Positions 48,248 through 57,089 of a stretch of 64,000 bases of DNA are shown in pieces. The DNA is taken from NCBI GenBank assembly GCA_020633415.1, contig JACKDQ010000002.1:390945-454944 (forward strand), read 5' to 3'. The position numbers and the translations under genes were made by a program. The notes under the pieces are model-generated. The model did no database searches and was not told the DNA's origin. It saw nothing but the letters and a program-made list of their open reading frames with translations. This DNA comes from Deltaproteobacteria bacterium (lineage in GTDB: Bacteria > Myxococcota_A > Polyangia > GCA-2747355). Each line of letters opens with the position of its first letter. Positions within the stretch are counted from its first letter, which is position 1.

Positions 48248-50329
48248 TCAATCGCTCGCCCGATAGAGGTAAATAGCTGGCGTCCCGAGGACGCGTACCA
48301 CGTGCGCCTGGCGATACGCAGCATCGCTCAACGAATCACGTCGAATCCGCCAGCGCGCGCCGGCAGATCGCAGCGCCAGATCCTTGGGTAACTGCACCAG
48401 GTGATCGACCGACTGCAGCTCGATCGCCACACTATCGCCGGGCTCGGCGTAGCGCTTCAGATAGTCAAACGCGCGCTTGACCCCTTCACCTTGGGCGAGA
48501 TCAGCAGCGCGCAGATCCCGACCGGCGAAGCTGGCCAGCGTGTTGCGAAATAGATGGTAGTACGGGTGGACCAATGCCCCAGCGAAGACGATCCCCACCA
48601 CGATCGCACAGCTCAGCAGGGTGCGGATCGGCCGACGCGATGCCGAGCGCCGCAGAACACTCGCCAAAAATCCAGCAACGTCATCGATGCCCACTGCTGC
48701 AAGCAGCAACACCGCGGGTAGCGCCAACGCGCCACAGGTCGCGCTTGCCGCGGGCTCCCAGACCGACAAGCCCATGACGACCGCGAGCCAGCAGATCAGC
48801 ACATTTCGGCCAAATGCAGCACCATCGGACCGCGTCGGGAGAGCCTCAGCCCGTGGCCGCTGCAACATCCGAACGAGCCCTACCCCAAAACCCAACAGCG
48901 CAAAGGCGAGCACGGGAAGCGCCGTGTGGAAGCTCAGCTGCTCCCACGCAGGTCGGCCCTGCGCCAAGCCGATATCGTTTGCCAAGCCGCCGAGCGACAA
49001 CACCGTACAGCCAGCAACAAAGGGCAACGCGATCAGTGTCGCCGGCAACCGCAGAAAACGTTGCTCCACGAGCTGACGTGCAACCGTCGCGACAAACAGC
49101 GTGCAAGCCAAAGCAGCCAGCGTCGCGCCACTGCGCCAAAGCACCAGGCAAGCACCGATCACCACCCCGGCCAGAAGATGACGCGCACTATTTTCCGACC
49201 AGCGCCGCAACGCATTGGCAACGCATAGCACACCGATCCACATGGCAAGCACGGTGAGCGGAAATCCGCTGACGACTTGACCGAGCGCGATCTGCTCCGG
49301 CGCAACCGCAGCGATCGCGGCCGCAATCAGCGCTATCGGTCGATCGAGCTGCGTCCAACCAAACACGAAAATTACCGCAACCAGTGCCGACGAGGTCAGC
49401 GCAGAAGCCCAGCGCGCCGAGAGAACCGACGCGTCAGCCGCCAGCGCGTCGAGGAAATACGGCACAAGCGACGCCGCCTGCAAGTGATCGCTCAGCGCCA
49501 GCCAGTCCCCGCTGACCCAAGACAGCAAGCTGCTGCGCGCTTCAGCAAGTGCGCGCCCTTCGAAGGCAAGCACTTCCAAGTCGGATGCCGTCCAAAGTCG
49601 CAGAACCAACGCTGTACCGACCAGCAATATGCCACCGACAACCATCGGTGTCGTCGGTGAGCGACGGCCAAACCCGCGGAGCGCTTGCTGCAGCGCCTGG
49701 CGCCCCACAACCAGCAGTACCAGCAGTACCAGCAGTAATCCGCCGAGAACCAGCTGATACAGCATCGTCGCCTGGCGTTTCCCTCCCTGGGCAGCCGCCC
49801 GCTGCGAGAGATACACGTCGGCCATCGTCAGCGGCATCGGTGGCATACCGCTACCGACCCGTGTCCAAAACAACCGCGCTGCCCCCCCAGTTACCGGCTG
49901 ACGCCAAATCAGCGCGTGAGCCCCCTGACGCAACGAGAACCGATAGCGTCCAGGGCTGGCGAGTTGCCCCGCTGCGCCATCGATCGTCAGCACGCCTGGG
50001 GCAGCAAAGTCGTACACTCCGCTTCGCGGCGCGAAGATCGCCGTTCGCCAGAGCAACGTCGCCGCCCCAGTCAAACGACCGCGAATCAAACGTCGGTCCG
50101 GGGCGGGGCGCGGTCCAAGCTGCTGCGCCTCGCCCTGCGCATCCACCAGCAGCAGCTCGGCACCGTTGTACGCCAGCGATGTACGCAGGCGATAGACCAG
50201 CGTCACCAACACCACGAAGGCGAACAGCAGGACGGCCAGATCGACCAGCCAAGCTCGCCCGCGATGCAGATGTTCCCGCCCGCCCTGCAGATCTTCCCGC
50301 CCGCCCTGTAGATGTTCCCGATCGTTCAC
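48248..50329 (-). CDS. Large polytopic membrane protein, possibly a GT-C (ArnT/PMT-like) glycosyltransferase
   Basis: An N-terminal TM, then a ~130-aa extracytoplasmic segment, at least 10 TM helices and a soluble C-terminal domain. The family call rests on topology only. Confidence 0.45.
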   Translation of the reverse strand: MNDREHLQGGREDLQGGREHLHRGRAWLVDLAVLLFAFVVLVTLVYRLRTSLAYNGAELLLVDAQGEAQQLGPRPAPDRRLIRGRLTGAATLLWRTAIFAPRSGVYDFAAPGVLTIDGAAGQLASPGRYRFSLRQGAHALIWRQPVTGGAARLFWTRVGSGMPPMPLTMADVYLSQRAAAQGGKRQATMLYQLVLGGLLLVLLVLLVVGRQALQQALRGFGRRSPTTPMVVGGILLVGTALVLRLWTASDLEVLAFEGRALAEARSSLLSWVSGDWLALSDHLQAASLVPYFLDALAADASVLSARWASALTSSALVAVIFVFGWTQLDRPIALIAAAIAAVAPEQIALGQVVSGFPLTVLAMWIGVLCVANALRRWSENSARHLLAGVVIGACLVLWRSGATLAALACTLFVATVARQLVEQRFLRLPATLIALPFVAGCTVLSLGGLANDIGLAQGRPAWEQLSFHTALPVLAFALLGFGVGLVRMLQRPRAEALPTRSDGAAFGRNVLICWLAVVMGLSVWEPAASATCGALALPAVLLLAAVGIDDVAGFLASVLRRSASRRPIRTLLSCAIVVGIVFAGALVHPYYHLFRNTLASFAGRDLRAADLAQGEGVKRAFDYLKRYAEPGDSVAIELQSVDHLVQLPKDLALRSAGARWRIRRDSLSDAAYRQAHVVRVLGTPAIYLYRASD
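50257..50319. repeat. Three tandem 21-bp units at the 5' end of the membrane-protein gene
   Basis: gcccgcgatgcagatgttccc / gcccgccctgcagatcttccc / gcccgccctgtagatgttccc, encoding REHLQGG-REDLQGG-REHLHRG on the minus strand. Confidence 0.85.
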
Positions 50330-50358
50330 CGATTCAGCCGAAATCCTGACGCACGCGG

Positions 50359-50658
50359 CTAGCCGAGGCGAAAGAGCTTTTGGACCGCCCGATCAACGAC
50401 CCAGCTGCACTTCAGTCCAGCCGGAAAGACAACCAGGTCACCTGCGCCAAAGCGCGTCTCCTCGCCGTCCGCTGCGCGAACGGTCACATCGCCCGCCTGT
50501 ATATACGCCGTCTCTCGCTCGTCATATTGCCAATCGAAGGTGCTGGCCTCACAGGACCAGCTCCCCCAGCTGTCGACGCTCAGTTGCGCAAGCTCCTCAG
50601 CAGTCGGCCGAGAAACGGTGATCCCCGAAGCCTTGATTCCCACAGCATGCCTCTTCAC
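50359..50658 (-). CDS. Small cupin (DUF861/cupin_3-like) protein
   Basis: 99 aa. W..W.C..S.F.W.Y...E..YI..G.V.V pattern followed by GDLVVFPAGL.C.W.V. Confidence 0.65.
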   Translation of the reverse strand: MKRHAVGIKASGITVSRPTAEELAQLSVDSWGSWSCEASTFDWQYDERETAYIQAGDVTVRAADGEETRFGAGDLVVFPAGLKCSWVVDRAVQKLFRLG

Positions 50659-50802
50659 GGTCGGTCACTCGCCAACCACTTGCATTTTCGGGCCAGTATA
50701 CCTGGCGTGCACAGCACCAGGCGCAAAAATGCAATTGGTTTCGAGGCTGATGGCTAGACCTGGCCAACCGGTTGTGGGACTCTGTGTGCTATAGACGCGG
50801 AC

Positions 50803-51534
50803 ATGATGACCCTGCTTTGGACCACAGCGATCATCGCGCTTATTCACACGCTGGTGGGCGTTGACCACTACTTGCCTTTCGTTGTCTTGGCGCGCGCCGA
50901 GAACTGGAGCCTCAAGCGAACGCTACTCTGGACGGCGATCTGCGGGCTCGGACATATCGCCAGCTCGGTAGCAATCGCCGCGCTCGCCGGCGGCCTCGGA
51001 TGGACGGCGCTAAGGCTTAGCGGAATAGACGCCGTTCGCAGCGATTTTGCCGCATACCTTTTGATCGGCTTCGGCCTCTTGTTGGTGATCGTCAGCATCG
51101 GACGCCGGCGCCAGCATCACCACAGCCATCTACACCGTCATGCCGACGGAACAGTGCATAGCCACCCGCATCATCACCGCCATCCTCTTGTGCCCAAAGA
51201 CGCCGGCGCACAGCTTCAACAGGCCCATGACGATGTCCCGCACAAGGTCGGCCATCGCAAGCTCCTGTGGGGGCTGTTTGTCGTCTTTGTCCTCGGACCT
51301 TGTGAGCCACTGATTCCGCTGCTGCTCGCCCCAAGCATCCAGCACAACGCGCTGGGTGCGCTTGCCGTCCTGACTGTATTTTCAGCAGTGACGTTGGCTG
51401 CAATGCTAGTCGCCGTAACGCTCGGCGTGCTTGGACTGAGCCGCTTGCGACTTCGCGTACTACAGGGTCGTGAGCACGTGCTGGCTGGAGTCGCCGTAAT
51501 GCTTAGCGGCGTGCTGATTCTGTTTGGCTTGTAG
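50803..51534 (+). CDS. HupE/UreJ-like or NicO-like metal (Ni/Co?) transporter with a His-rich cytoplasmic loop
   Basis: TM1 motif IHTLVGVDHYLPF (H-x3-G-x-DH, HupE/UreJ-like). Loop RRRQHHHSHLHRHADGTVHSHPHHHRH. Six TM helices. Metal specificity not established. Confidence 0.5.
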   Translation: MMTLLWTTAIIALIHTLVGVDHYLPFVVLARAENWSLKRTLLWTAICGLGHIASSVAIAALAGGLGWTALRLSGIDAVRSDFAAYLLIGFGLLLVIVSIGRRRQHHHSHLHRHADGTVHSHPHHHRHPLVPKDAGAQLQQAHDDVPHKVGHRKLLWGLFVVFVLGPCEPLIPLLLAPSIQHNALGALAVLTVFSAVTLAAMLVAVTLGVLGLSRLRLRVLQGREHVLAGVAVMLSGVLILFGL

Positions 51535-51573
51535 CTCGCGCCGATTGCGAGCGAATGGGTGGAGGCGGATCAG

Positions 51574-53568
51574 ATGGGCTCGCAAAAAGTGTCAGGGGTC
51601 AAAAACGGCGTCGAACACCGCCACTTGATGAAGCGGCTGCTCAACGACGTTCGCGCGCTGGAACGCATGCTCGATCAAGATCTTTTCGAGTCTGGCGTCC
51701 GCCGCATCGGCGCCGAGCAGGAAATGTTCATCGTCGACGCGGCCTATCGTCCCGCACCGATCGCAACCACGCTGCTCAAGGCGCTCGACGACCCGCACTT
51801 CGCTCCCGAGCTAGCGCTGTTCAACCTCGAATTCAACACCGACCCACTGCCGTTTGGCGATCGCTGCCTATCCCAGCTTGAGCAACAGCTGGTAACAACC
51901 GTTCGACGCGTCCGCAAAGTGGCCCGCGAACACGGCGCCGACATCGCGTTGGTCGGCATTCTTCCGACGCTTACGCGGAGCGATCTGATCCGCGAAAACA
52001 TGTCCGAATTCGAACGATACCACCAGCTCAACGACGCGCTGACCCGCCTGCGCGGCCGCGCCTACGAATTTTCGATCAAAGGAACCGATGAGCTGACGCT
52101 CAGCCACGATTCGCTGATGCCCGAGGCCTGCAATACCAGCTTTCAGGTGCACTTCCAGGTCGCCCCTGCCGAGTTCGTTAAGCTCTACAACATCGCTCAA
52201 GCAACGTTGGGGCCGGTGCTTTCTGTGGCCTGCAACTCACCACTGCTGCTCGGCAAACGCTTGTGGCACGAGACGCGTATCGCCGTCTTCGAGCAAGCGA
52301 TGGACACCCGCTCGACCAGCCATGACGAACGGTCGGCCCGCGTGAGCTTCGGCCGAAGTTGGGTCGATCAATCCGTGCTCGAGATCTTTAAGGAAGACGT
52401 CTCGCGCTTCCGGATGCTGCTCGGCAGCCAGGCCCAAGAAGACCCCTTCGAGCAGCTAGATCGCGGCATCCCGCCGCGCCTCGACGCACTTTGCACGCAT
52501 AATAGCACCGTCTATCGCTGGAACCGCGTCTGCTACGGCGTGTTCCAGGGGAAACCTCACCTACGCATCGAAAACCGCGTGTTACCCTCGGGGCCGACGG
52601 TCCTCGATCAGATGGCAAATGCCGCGTTTTGGTTTGGCCTAATGCGCGGACTGAGTGACCAATACCAAGACATCACCAAGCAGATGCCGTTTGACGACGC
52701 CAAGTCCAACTTCATCAGCGCAGCACGCTACGGCCTCGACGCGCACATGGTCTGGGTCGGCGGCCGAAAAGTAACAGCAGGCGAGCTGATCACCGAAGAG
52801 CTGCTGCCCCTGGCCCACGCTGGCCTCAAAGCGCGACAGATCGTCGAATCCGATATCGATCGCTACTTGGGAGTGATCGAAGACCGCGTTCGCGCCAATC
52901 GCACCGGCACACAGTGGATGCTCGACTCGCTGGCAGCGATGCGCGATCGCGGAACGCGCGTCGAGCGAATCACCGCGCTCACCGAAGCGATCATTCGTCG
53001 TCAGTCGCAAGGCGAGCCCGTTCACACCTGGCCGCTGGCCCGACTCAATGCTGACGGCAACTCGACCCAGCTCTATCAGCGCGTCGAGCAGATTATGCGC
53101 ACCGACATCCTCACCGTCCGCGAAGACGACTTAATCGACTTGGTCGCCGCGATGATGGACTGGCAACACGTCCGCTATGTGCTCGTCGAGAACGACGACC
53201 ACAAACTCGTCGGACTGGTGTCGCTACGCTCGTTGCTTGCCGTCACCGGACAAGACCTCGCCCAACACCGGGGCCAGCCATTGCCAGTTGGCGATGTGAT
53301 GGTCACCGAACTGATCACGGTATCGCCAGAGACGCCAACCACCGAGGCGATCGCGCTGATGCGCGATCATCGCATCGGCTGCCTGCCCGTCGTCGACATC
53401 AACCGGCACCTAGTCGGCCTGGTAACCGATCGAACGTTCGTCGCGATCGTGCAGCAAGTGCTGGAAAAGACCGCTACCGGCGAGCACCCGGCCACCGCGC
53501 GCACCGAGGAGCCACTTACGCCACCGATCCAACGCAGACCCCCACAAAGAAGAACAGGGGCCGCCTAG
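51574..53568 (+). CDS. Glutamate--cysteine-ligase family 2 (carboxylate-amine ligase)-like domain fused to a C-terminal CBS pair
   Basis: RIGAEQEMFIVD... and ...SFQVHFQV... blocks of the GCS2/YbdK type. Two CBS modules lie at the C-terminus (ILTVREDDLI....LVGLVSLRSLL; LITVSPETP....LVGLVTDRTFV). SD GGAGG lies 8 nt upstream of ATG 51574. Confidence 0.7.
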   Translation: MGSQKVSGVKNGVEHRHLMKRLLNDVRALERMLDQDLFESGVRRIGAEQEMFIVDAAYRPAPIATTLLKALDDPHFAPELALFNLEFNTDPLPFGDRCLSQLEQQLVTTVRRVRKVAREHGADIALVGILPTLTRSDLIRENMSEFERYHQLNDALTRLRGRAYEFSIKGTDELTLSHDSLMPEACNTSFQVHFQVAPAEFVKLYNIAQATLGPVLSVACNSPLLLGKRLWHETRIAVFEQAMDTRSTSHDERSARVSFGRSWVDQSVLEIFKEDVSRFRMLLGSQAQEDPFEQLDRGIPPRLDALCTHNSTVYRWNRVCYGVFQGKPHLRIENRVLPSGPTVLDQMANAAFWFGLMRGLSDQYQDITKQMPFDDAKSNFISAARYGLDAHMVWVGGRKVTAGELITEELLPLAHAGLKARQIVESDIDRYLGVIEDRVRANRTGTQWMLDSLAAMRDRGTRVERITALTEAIIRRQSQGEPVHTWPLARLNADGNSTQLYQRVEQIMRTDILTVREDDLIDLVAAMMDWQHVRYVLVENDDHKLVGLVSLRSLLAVTGQDLAQHRGQPLPVGDVMVTELITVSPETPTTEAIALMRDHRIGCLPVVDINRHLVGLVTDRTFVAIVQQVLEKTATGEHPATARTEEPLTPPIQRRPPQRRTGAA

Positions 53569-53611
53569 GCGACCCCTGCTCGAACAACGCTATACGCTAT
53601 CGCTGAGCGCG

Positions 53612-54313
53612 CTATTTGGGAACGTTGTAGACCGTGGTAAACAGCACCGAGTCGCTCTTCTTGTGATAGTACTGGCAGTAAAGCTTGCCGCTTGGCGCAA
53701 CCTCATCGGCGTTCACGCGCTCGCGAAAACCGCTAACCAGCGCTTGGTTCTTACGAGCGTAGTCGCTGGCATCTTGCGGCACATAAAAGTCGATCGCGAA
53801 ACGTTTTGTCTTGGCCGCCAGCTTCTTGTAATGGTCAATGCGCTCGCTGTTGCTAAAGCCCTTTGAGCAGACTTTCTTTTCGGCCTTATTGAGGCCCTTG
53901 GCCTCGCAGGGCGGCGTCCAGCTCTTCTTGTCGGCTGCACTCGGTTTCGGCGCGACATCGTAACCGAGGAACTTGCCGTTCGGCTTCTCGGCGTCAACAC
54001 ATTGCATTTCAAAGTCGAGCGAGCGACCGAGGGTCGGCTCGTGTTTGGCGTCGAAGACCAACATCACCGTCTCGCCCGGCTTGGCTTCGACCATGCAGCC
54101 GTTGCTGACCTTGGTCTTCGAACGGCCGACGTTTCCACTGCGCTTTTTGCTCGCCAGCCCCGACGGGATCTCGTAGTCGCCGTTCTTGGCCTGCCACGCT
54201 TCTTTGATCTTCACGCCCTTCATGCACTTGAACTTGGGCAGCGCGTGCGCCGTAGTAGCCAGGCAAATGCCGGCGACGATCGCCAATAGTCCACCTAATC
54301 GATTGCTCTTCAT
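53612..54313 (-). CDS. Lys-rich, Cys-containing secreted hypothetical protein (lower GC)
   Basis: Signal peptide LLAIVAGICLATTAHA and SD GGAGAA before ATG 54313. Many Lys and several Cys. No recognisable family. Confidence 0.55.
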   Translation of the reverse strand: MKSNRLGGLLAIVAGICLATTAHALPKFKCMKGVKIKEAWQAKNGDYEIPSGLASKKRSGNVGRSKTKVSNGCMVEAKPGETVMLVFDAKHEPTLGRSLDFEMQCVDAEKPNGKFLGYDVAPKPSAADKKSWTPPCEAKGLNKAEKKVCSKGFSNSERIDHYKKLAAKTKRFAIDFYVPQDASDYARKNQALVSGFRERVNADEVAPSGKLYCQYYHKKSDSVLFTTVYNVPK

Positions 54314-54432
54314 CCCACGCTTCTCCATTGCTAATAGGGGTTCCATCGTCAAATGACACCATCGCCAGGGGCTTTGCGGCGCTTCGGCTGATGGCGTCGA
54401 GAAGGCTTACGGTCGGCAGCATCGTTCCTTGC

Positions 54433-54446
54433 CGAAATTAATTTCG
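54433..54446. promoter_or_regulatory. Perfect 14-bp AT-rich palindrome CGAAATTAATTTCG upstream of feoAB (candidate Fur-type operator)
   Basis: Read directly. It lies about 120-170 nt upstream of the possible feoAB starts, in an otherwise GC-rich intergenic region. Confidence 0.35.
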
Positions 54447-54567
54447 CCGACCTGACGATAAACACCGCTCGACGCCCGACCAGCCGCTGGCGATCACCGC
54501 GCTAAATCTGCTGAACACATCAAGGATCGCCCTATCGCCGGCGTCCGACCCGGCGTTCAATGCAGGC

Positions 54568-57060
54568 TTGCCCGGCGAGGGAAACTGCGTTAGCCAACCA
54601 ACCGTGGAAACGCTTGACCGGCTGCAGATCGGCCAAAACGCCAGTGTGACGGAGGTCGTCGGCGACGACGCCTTCCGACGCCGCCTGCTCGAGATGGGCT
54701 TGGCCCCTGGCGTGAGCGTACAAGTGATCCGTCGCGCCCCACTGGGCGATCCGCTTGAGATCGCGGTGCGCGGCTACCGGCTCTCACTGCGCCAGAGCGA
54801 CGCGACTCGCATCTTGCTCGATACAGCGCACATTGCCGTGCCCGCGCCCCGGAGCAGTGTCGACCGGCCGGACGTATCGCCCTATCGCCGTCCAGGCGCC
54901 AAGGACAAGCCGTACACCATCACGATTGCCGGCAACCCGAACACCGGCAAGAGCACGCTGTTTAGCCGACTGACCGGCCTCGACGCACGCATCGCCAACT
55001 ATCCGGGAACGACGATCGACCTGGCCCACGGCAGGCTGTCGCTCACACCCGAACTCGACGCTGAGTTGGTCGACATACCCGGAACCTACAGCCTAACCGC
55101 GCGCTCAAGCGAGGAGCAGATCGCGATCGACGAGCTGCTCGGGCGCCGCACCGGACAACTGCCTGATGCTGCAGTCGTGCTACTCAATGCCACCGCGCTC
55201 GAGCGCAGCCTTTACCTGCTTTTGCAGGTGATCGAGTTGCACATTCCAACGATCGCCGTGGTCAACATGCTCGACGAGGCCCAAGAGCGCGGCATCGAGG
55301 TCGACGTCGACGGCATCAGCGCCCACTTCGGCGTGCCCTGCATCGGAGCGATCGCCCGCCGTGGCATCGGCATCCCCGAGCTGAAGCAAGCGCTGATCGA
55401 CGTCGTCGAAGGACGGCGCGACGCCACGCCGGGCTGGCATTGGTCTCCGCCGTCACCGCTCGACGTTGAACTCAATGGTCTCGGCGAGCACCTTGAGGAG
55501 CAAGACGCGCCGCAGGAGCGCAAACACGCTTTCGCGCTCTGGGCCTTGATGAGCGTCAGCGACGATGACGATTTGCGCGGCGTCACGCCCGAACTGCGGG
55601 CAGCTGTCCGTGAAAGCCGGCAACGCCTTCAGCAGGGCGGCTTCGACACGGACCTCGAGGTCACCCAGAGCCGCTACAGGCACATCGACGAAGACGCCCA
55701 GCGATTTATTCGGCGCCCGGCGAGCGAACGCCCCTCGTGGAACAACCGACTGGACAACCTGTTGACCCACCCCGTGGGCGGGTTGTTGATTTTCGTGGCG
55801 CTGATGGGACTGGTCTTCACGGCGATCTTCGATTGGGCCGCACCGCTGATGGACCTGATCGATGGCGGCTTTAACGCGGCCTCCCAGCGCGTCGGAGCGA
55901 TGCTCGGTGATGGTTTCTTCTCCCGACTACTGGCCGAGGGCATCCTCAAGGGCGTCGGTGCGGTGCTGGTATTCTTGCCGCAGATCGCGATCTTGCTGAC
56001 AGCGACCACGTTGATGGAAGCCACCGGCTACATGGCGCGTGCCGCATTCATGATCGACCGTTTGATGAGACGTCTCGGGCTCAACGGCAAGGCTTTCGTG
56101 CCGATGCTCTCCGGATTCGCCTGTGCGGTACCAGCGATCCTCGCCACGCGAACCATCGAAAACCGCCGAGACCGGGTGATCACGATGATGGCGATCCCGC
56201 TGATCTCCTGCTCGGCGCGTCTTCCGGTCTACACCCTGCTGATCGCCACTTTGTTGCCGGCAGAAAAGCAGACCTGGGGGCCACTCAGCCTCGGTACGCT
56301 GGTGATGATCGGCATCTATCTGCTCTCGACCGCGTTCGCGCTAGCCGCGGCCGGCGTACTGAGCAAGACGCTGTTCAGGGGACGCAGTCCAGAGCTGCTG
56401 ATCGAGCTGCCGCCCTACCGCGCGCCGATCTGGCGGTTGGTGTTCATTCTCGTCGGTCGCAAGGTCAAAGCATTCCTCAAGACCGCAGGAACGGTGATCG
56501 TCACCGCCAGCGTGATCCTCTGGGCGCTGCTCAGCTACCCCAAACCGGACAGCCTCAGCCGAAACTACCGGGCGGAGATAGCCGCCACAAAGGATAGCGA
56601 TCAGGCTCGGGCACTCAGAAACGCCGAGCAGGCAGAATTGCTCGAGCAGAGCTACGGCGGCCGGCTCGGCAAGACGCTTGAGCCGCTGATCAAGCCGCTG
56701 GGCTTCGATTGGCGGATCGGCATCGGCCTCGTCGGTTCATTCGCCGCCCGCGAAGTGTTCGTGGCGACAATGGGCATCGTCTACGGCGTAGGTGAAGCAG
56801 ACGAGCAATCGACGACATTGCGCCAGGCGATTCGCCAAGCCCGGCGCCCCGACGGCACCCCGCTCTACACCCCACTGACAGCACTTTCGCTGATCGTCTT
56901 TTTCATGATCGCTATGCAATGCGTTTCCACCCTGGCGATCGCCCGCCACGAGGCCCGAAACTGGCGCGTCCCGCTGTTCATGTTGGTCTATTTGACGGTT
57001 TTCGCCTATCTGGCCTCGCTTGCCACCTTTCAGATCGGCCGCCTACTCGGCTTTGACTGA
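54568..57060 (+). CDS. feoB: Fused FeoA-FeoB ferrous iron transporter
   Basis: N-terminal FeoA SH3-like module (LDRLQIGQNASVTEV...GLAPGVSVQVIRRAPLGDPLEIAVRGYRLSLR). Then G-domain IAGNPNTGKSTLFSRLTG, DIPGTYSL, NMLD and the polytopic FeoB core. Start uncertain (TTG 54568 or GTG 54604). Confidence 0.9.
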   Translation: MPGEGNCVSQPTVETLDRLQIGQNASVTEVVGDDAFRRRLLEMGLAPGVSVQVIRRAPLGDPLEIAVRGYRLSLRQSDATRILLDTAHIAVPAPRSSVDRPDVSPYRRPGAKDKPYTITIAGNPNTGKSTLFSRLTGLDARIANYPGTTIDLAHGRLSLTPELDAELVDIPGTYSLTARSSEEQIAIDELLGRRTGQLPDAAVVLLNATALERSLYLLLQVIELHIPTIAVVNMLDEAQERGIEVDVDGISAHFGVPCIGAIARRGIGIPELKQALIDVVEGRRDATPGWHWSPPSPLDVELNGLGEHLEEQDAPQERKHAFALWALMSVSDDDDLRGVTPELRAAVRESRQRLQQGGFDTDLEVTQSRYRHIDEDAQRFIRRPASERPSWNNRLDNLLTHPVGGLLIFVALMGLVFTAIFDWAAPLMDLIDGGFNAASQRVGAMLGDGFFSRLLAEGILKGVGAVLVFLPQIAILLTATTLMEATGYMARAAFMIDRLMRRLGLNGKAFVPMLSGFACAVPAILATRTIENRRDRVITMMAIPLISCSARLPVYTLLIATLLPAEKQTWGPLSLGTLVMIGIYLLSTAFALAAAGVLSKTLFRGRSPELLIELPPYRAPIWRLVFILVGRKVKAFLKTAGTVIVTASVILWALLSYPKPDSLSRNYRAEIAATKDSDQARALRNAEQAELLEQSYGGRLGKTLEPLIKPLGFDWRIGIGLVGSFAAREVFVATMGIVYGVGEADEQSTTLRQAIRQARRPDGTPLYTPLTALSLIVFFMIAMQCVSTLAIARHEARNWRVPLFMLVYLTVFAYLASLATFQIGRLLGFD

Positions 57061-57089
57061 CAGCGCCGACCTGGGCTACGCTGCGACGC

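Noticed and set aside
49549-50349. 266-aa plus-strand ORF and other nested ORFs in 48.5-50.3 kb
   Set aside because: They are Pro/Arg/Ala-rich shadow frames of the polytopic membrane-protein gene.
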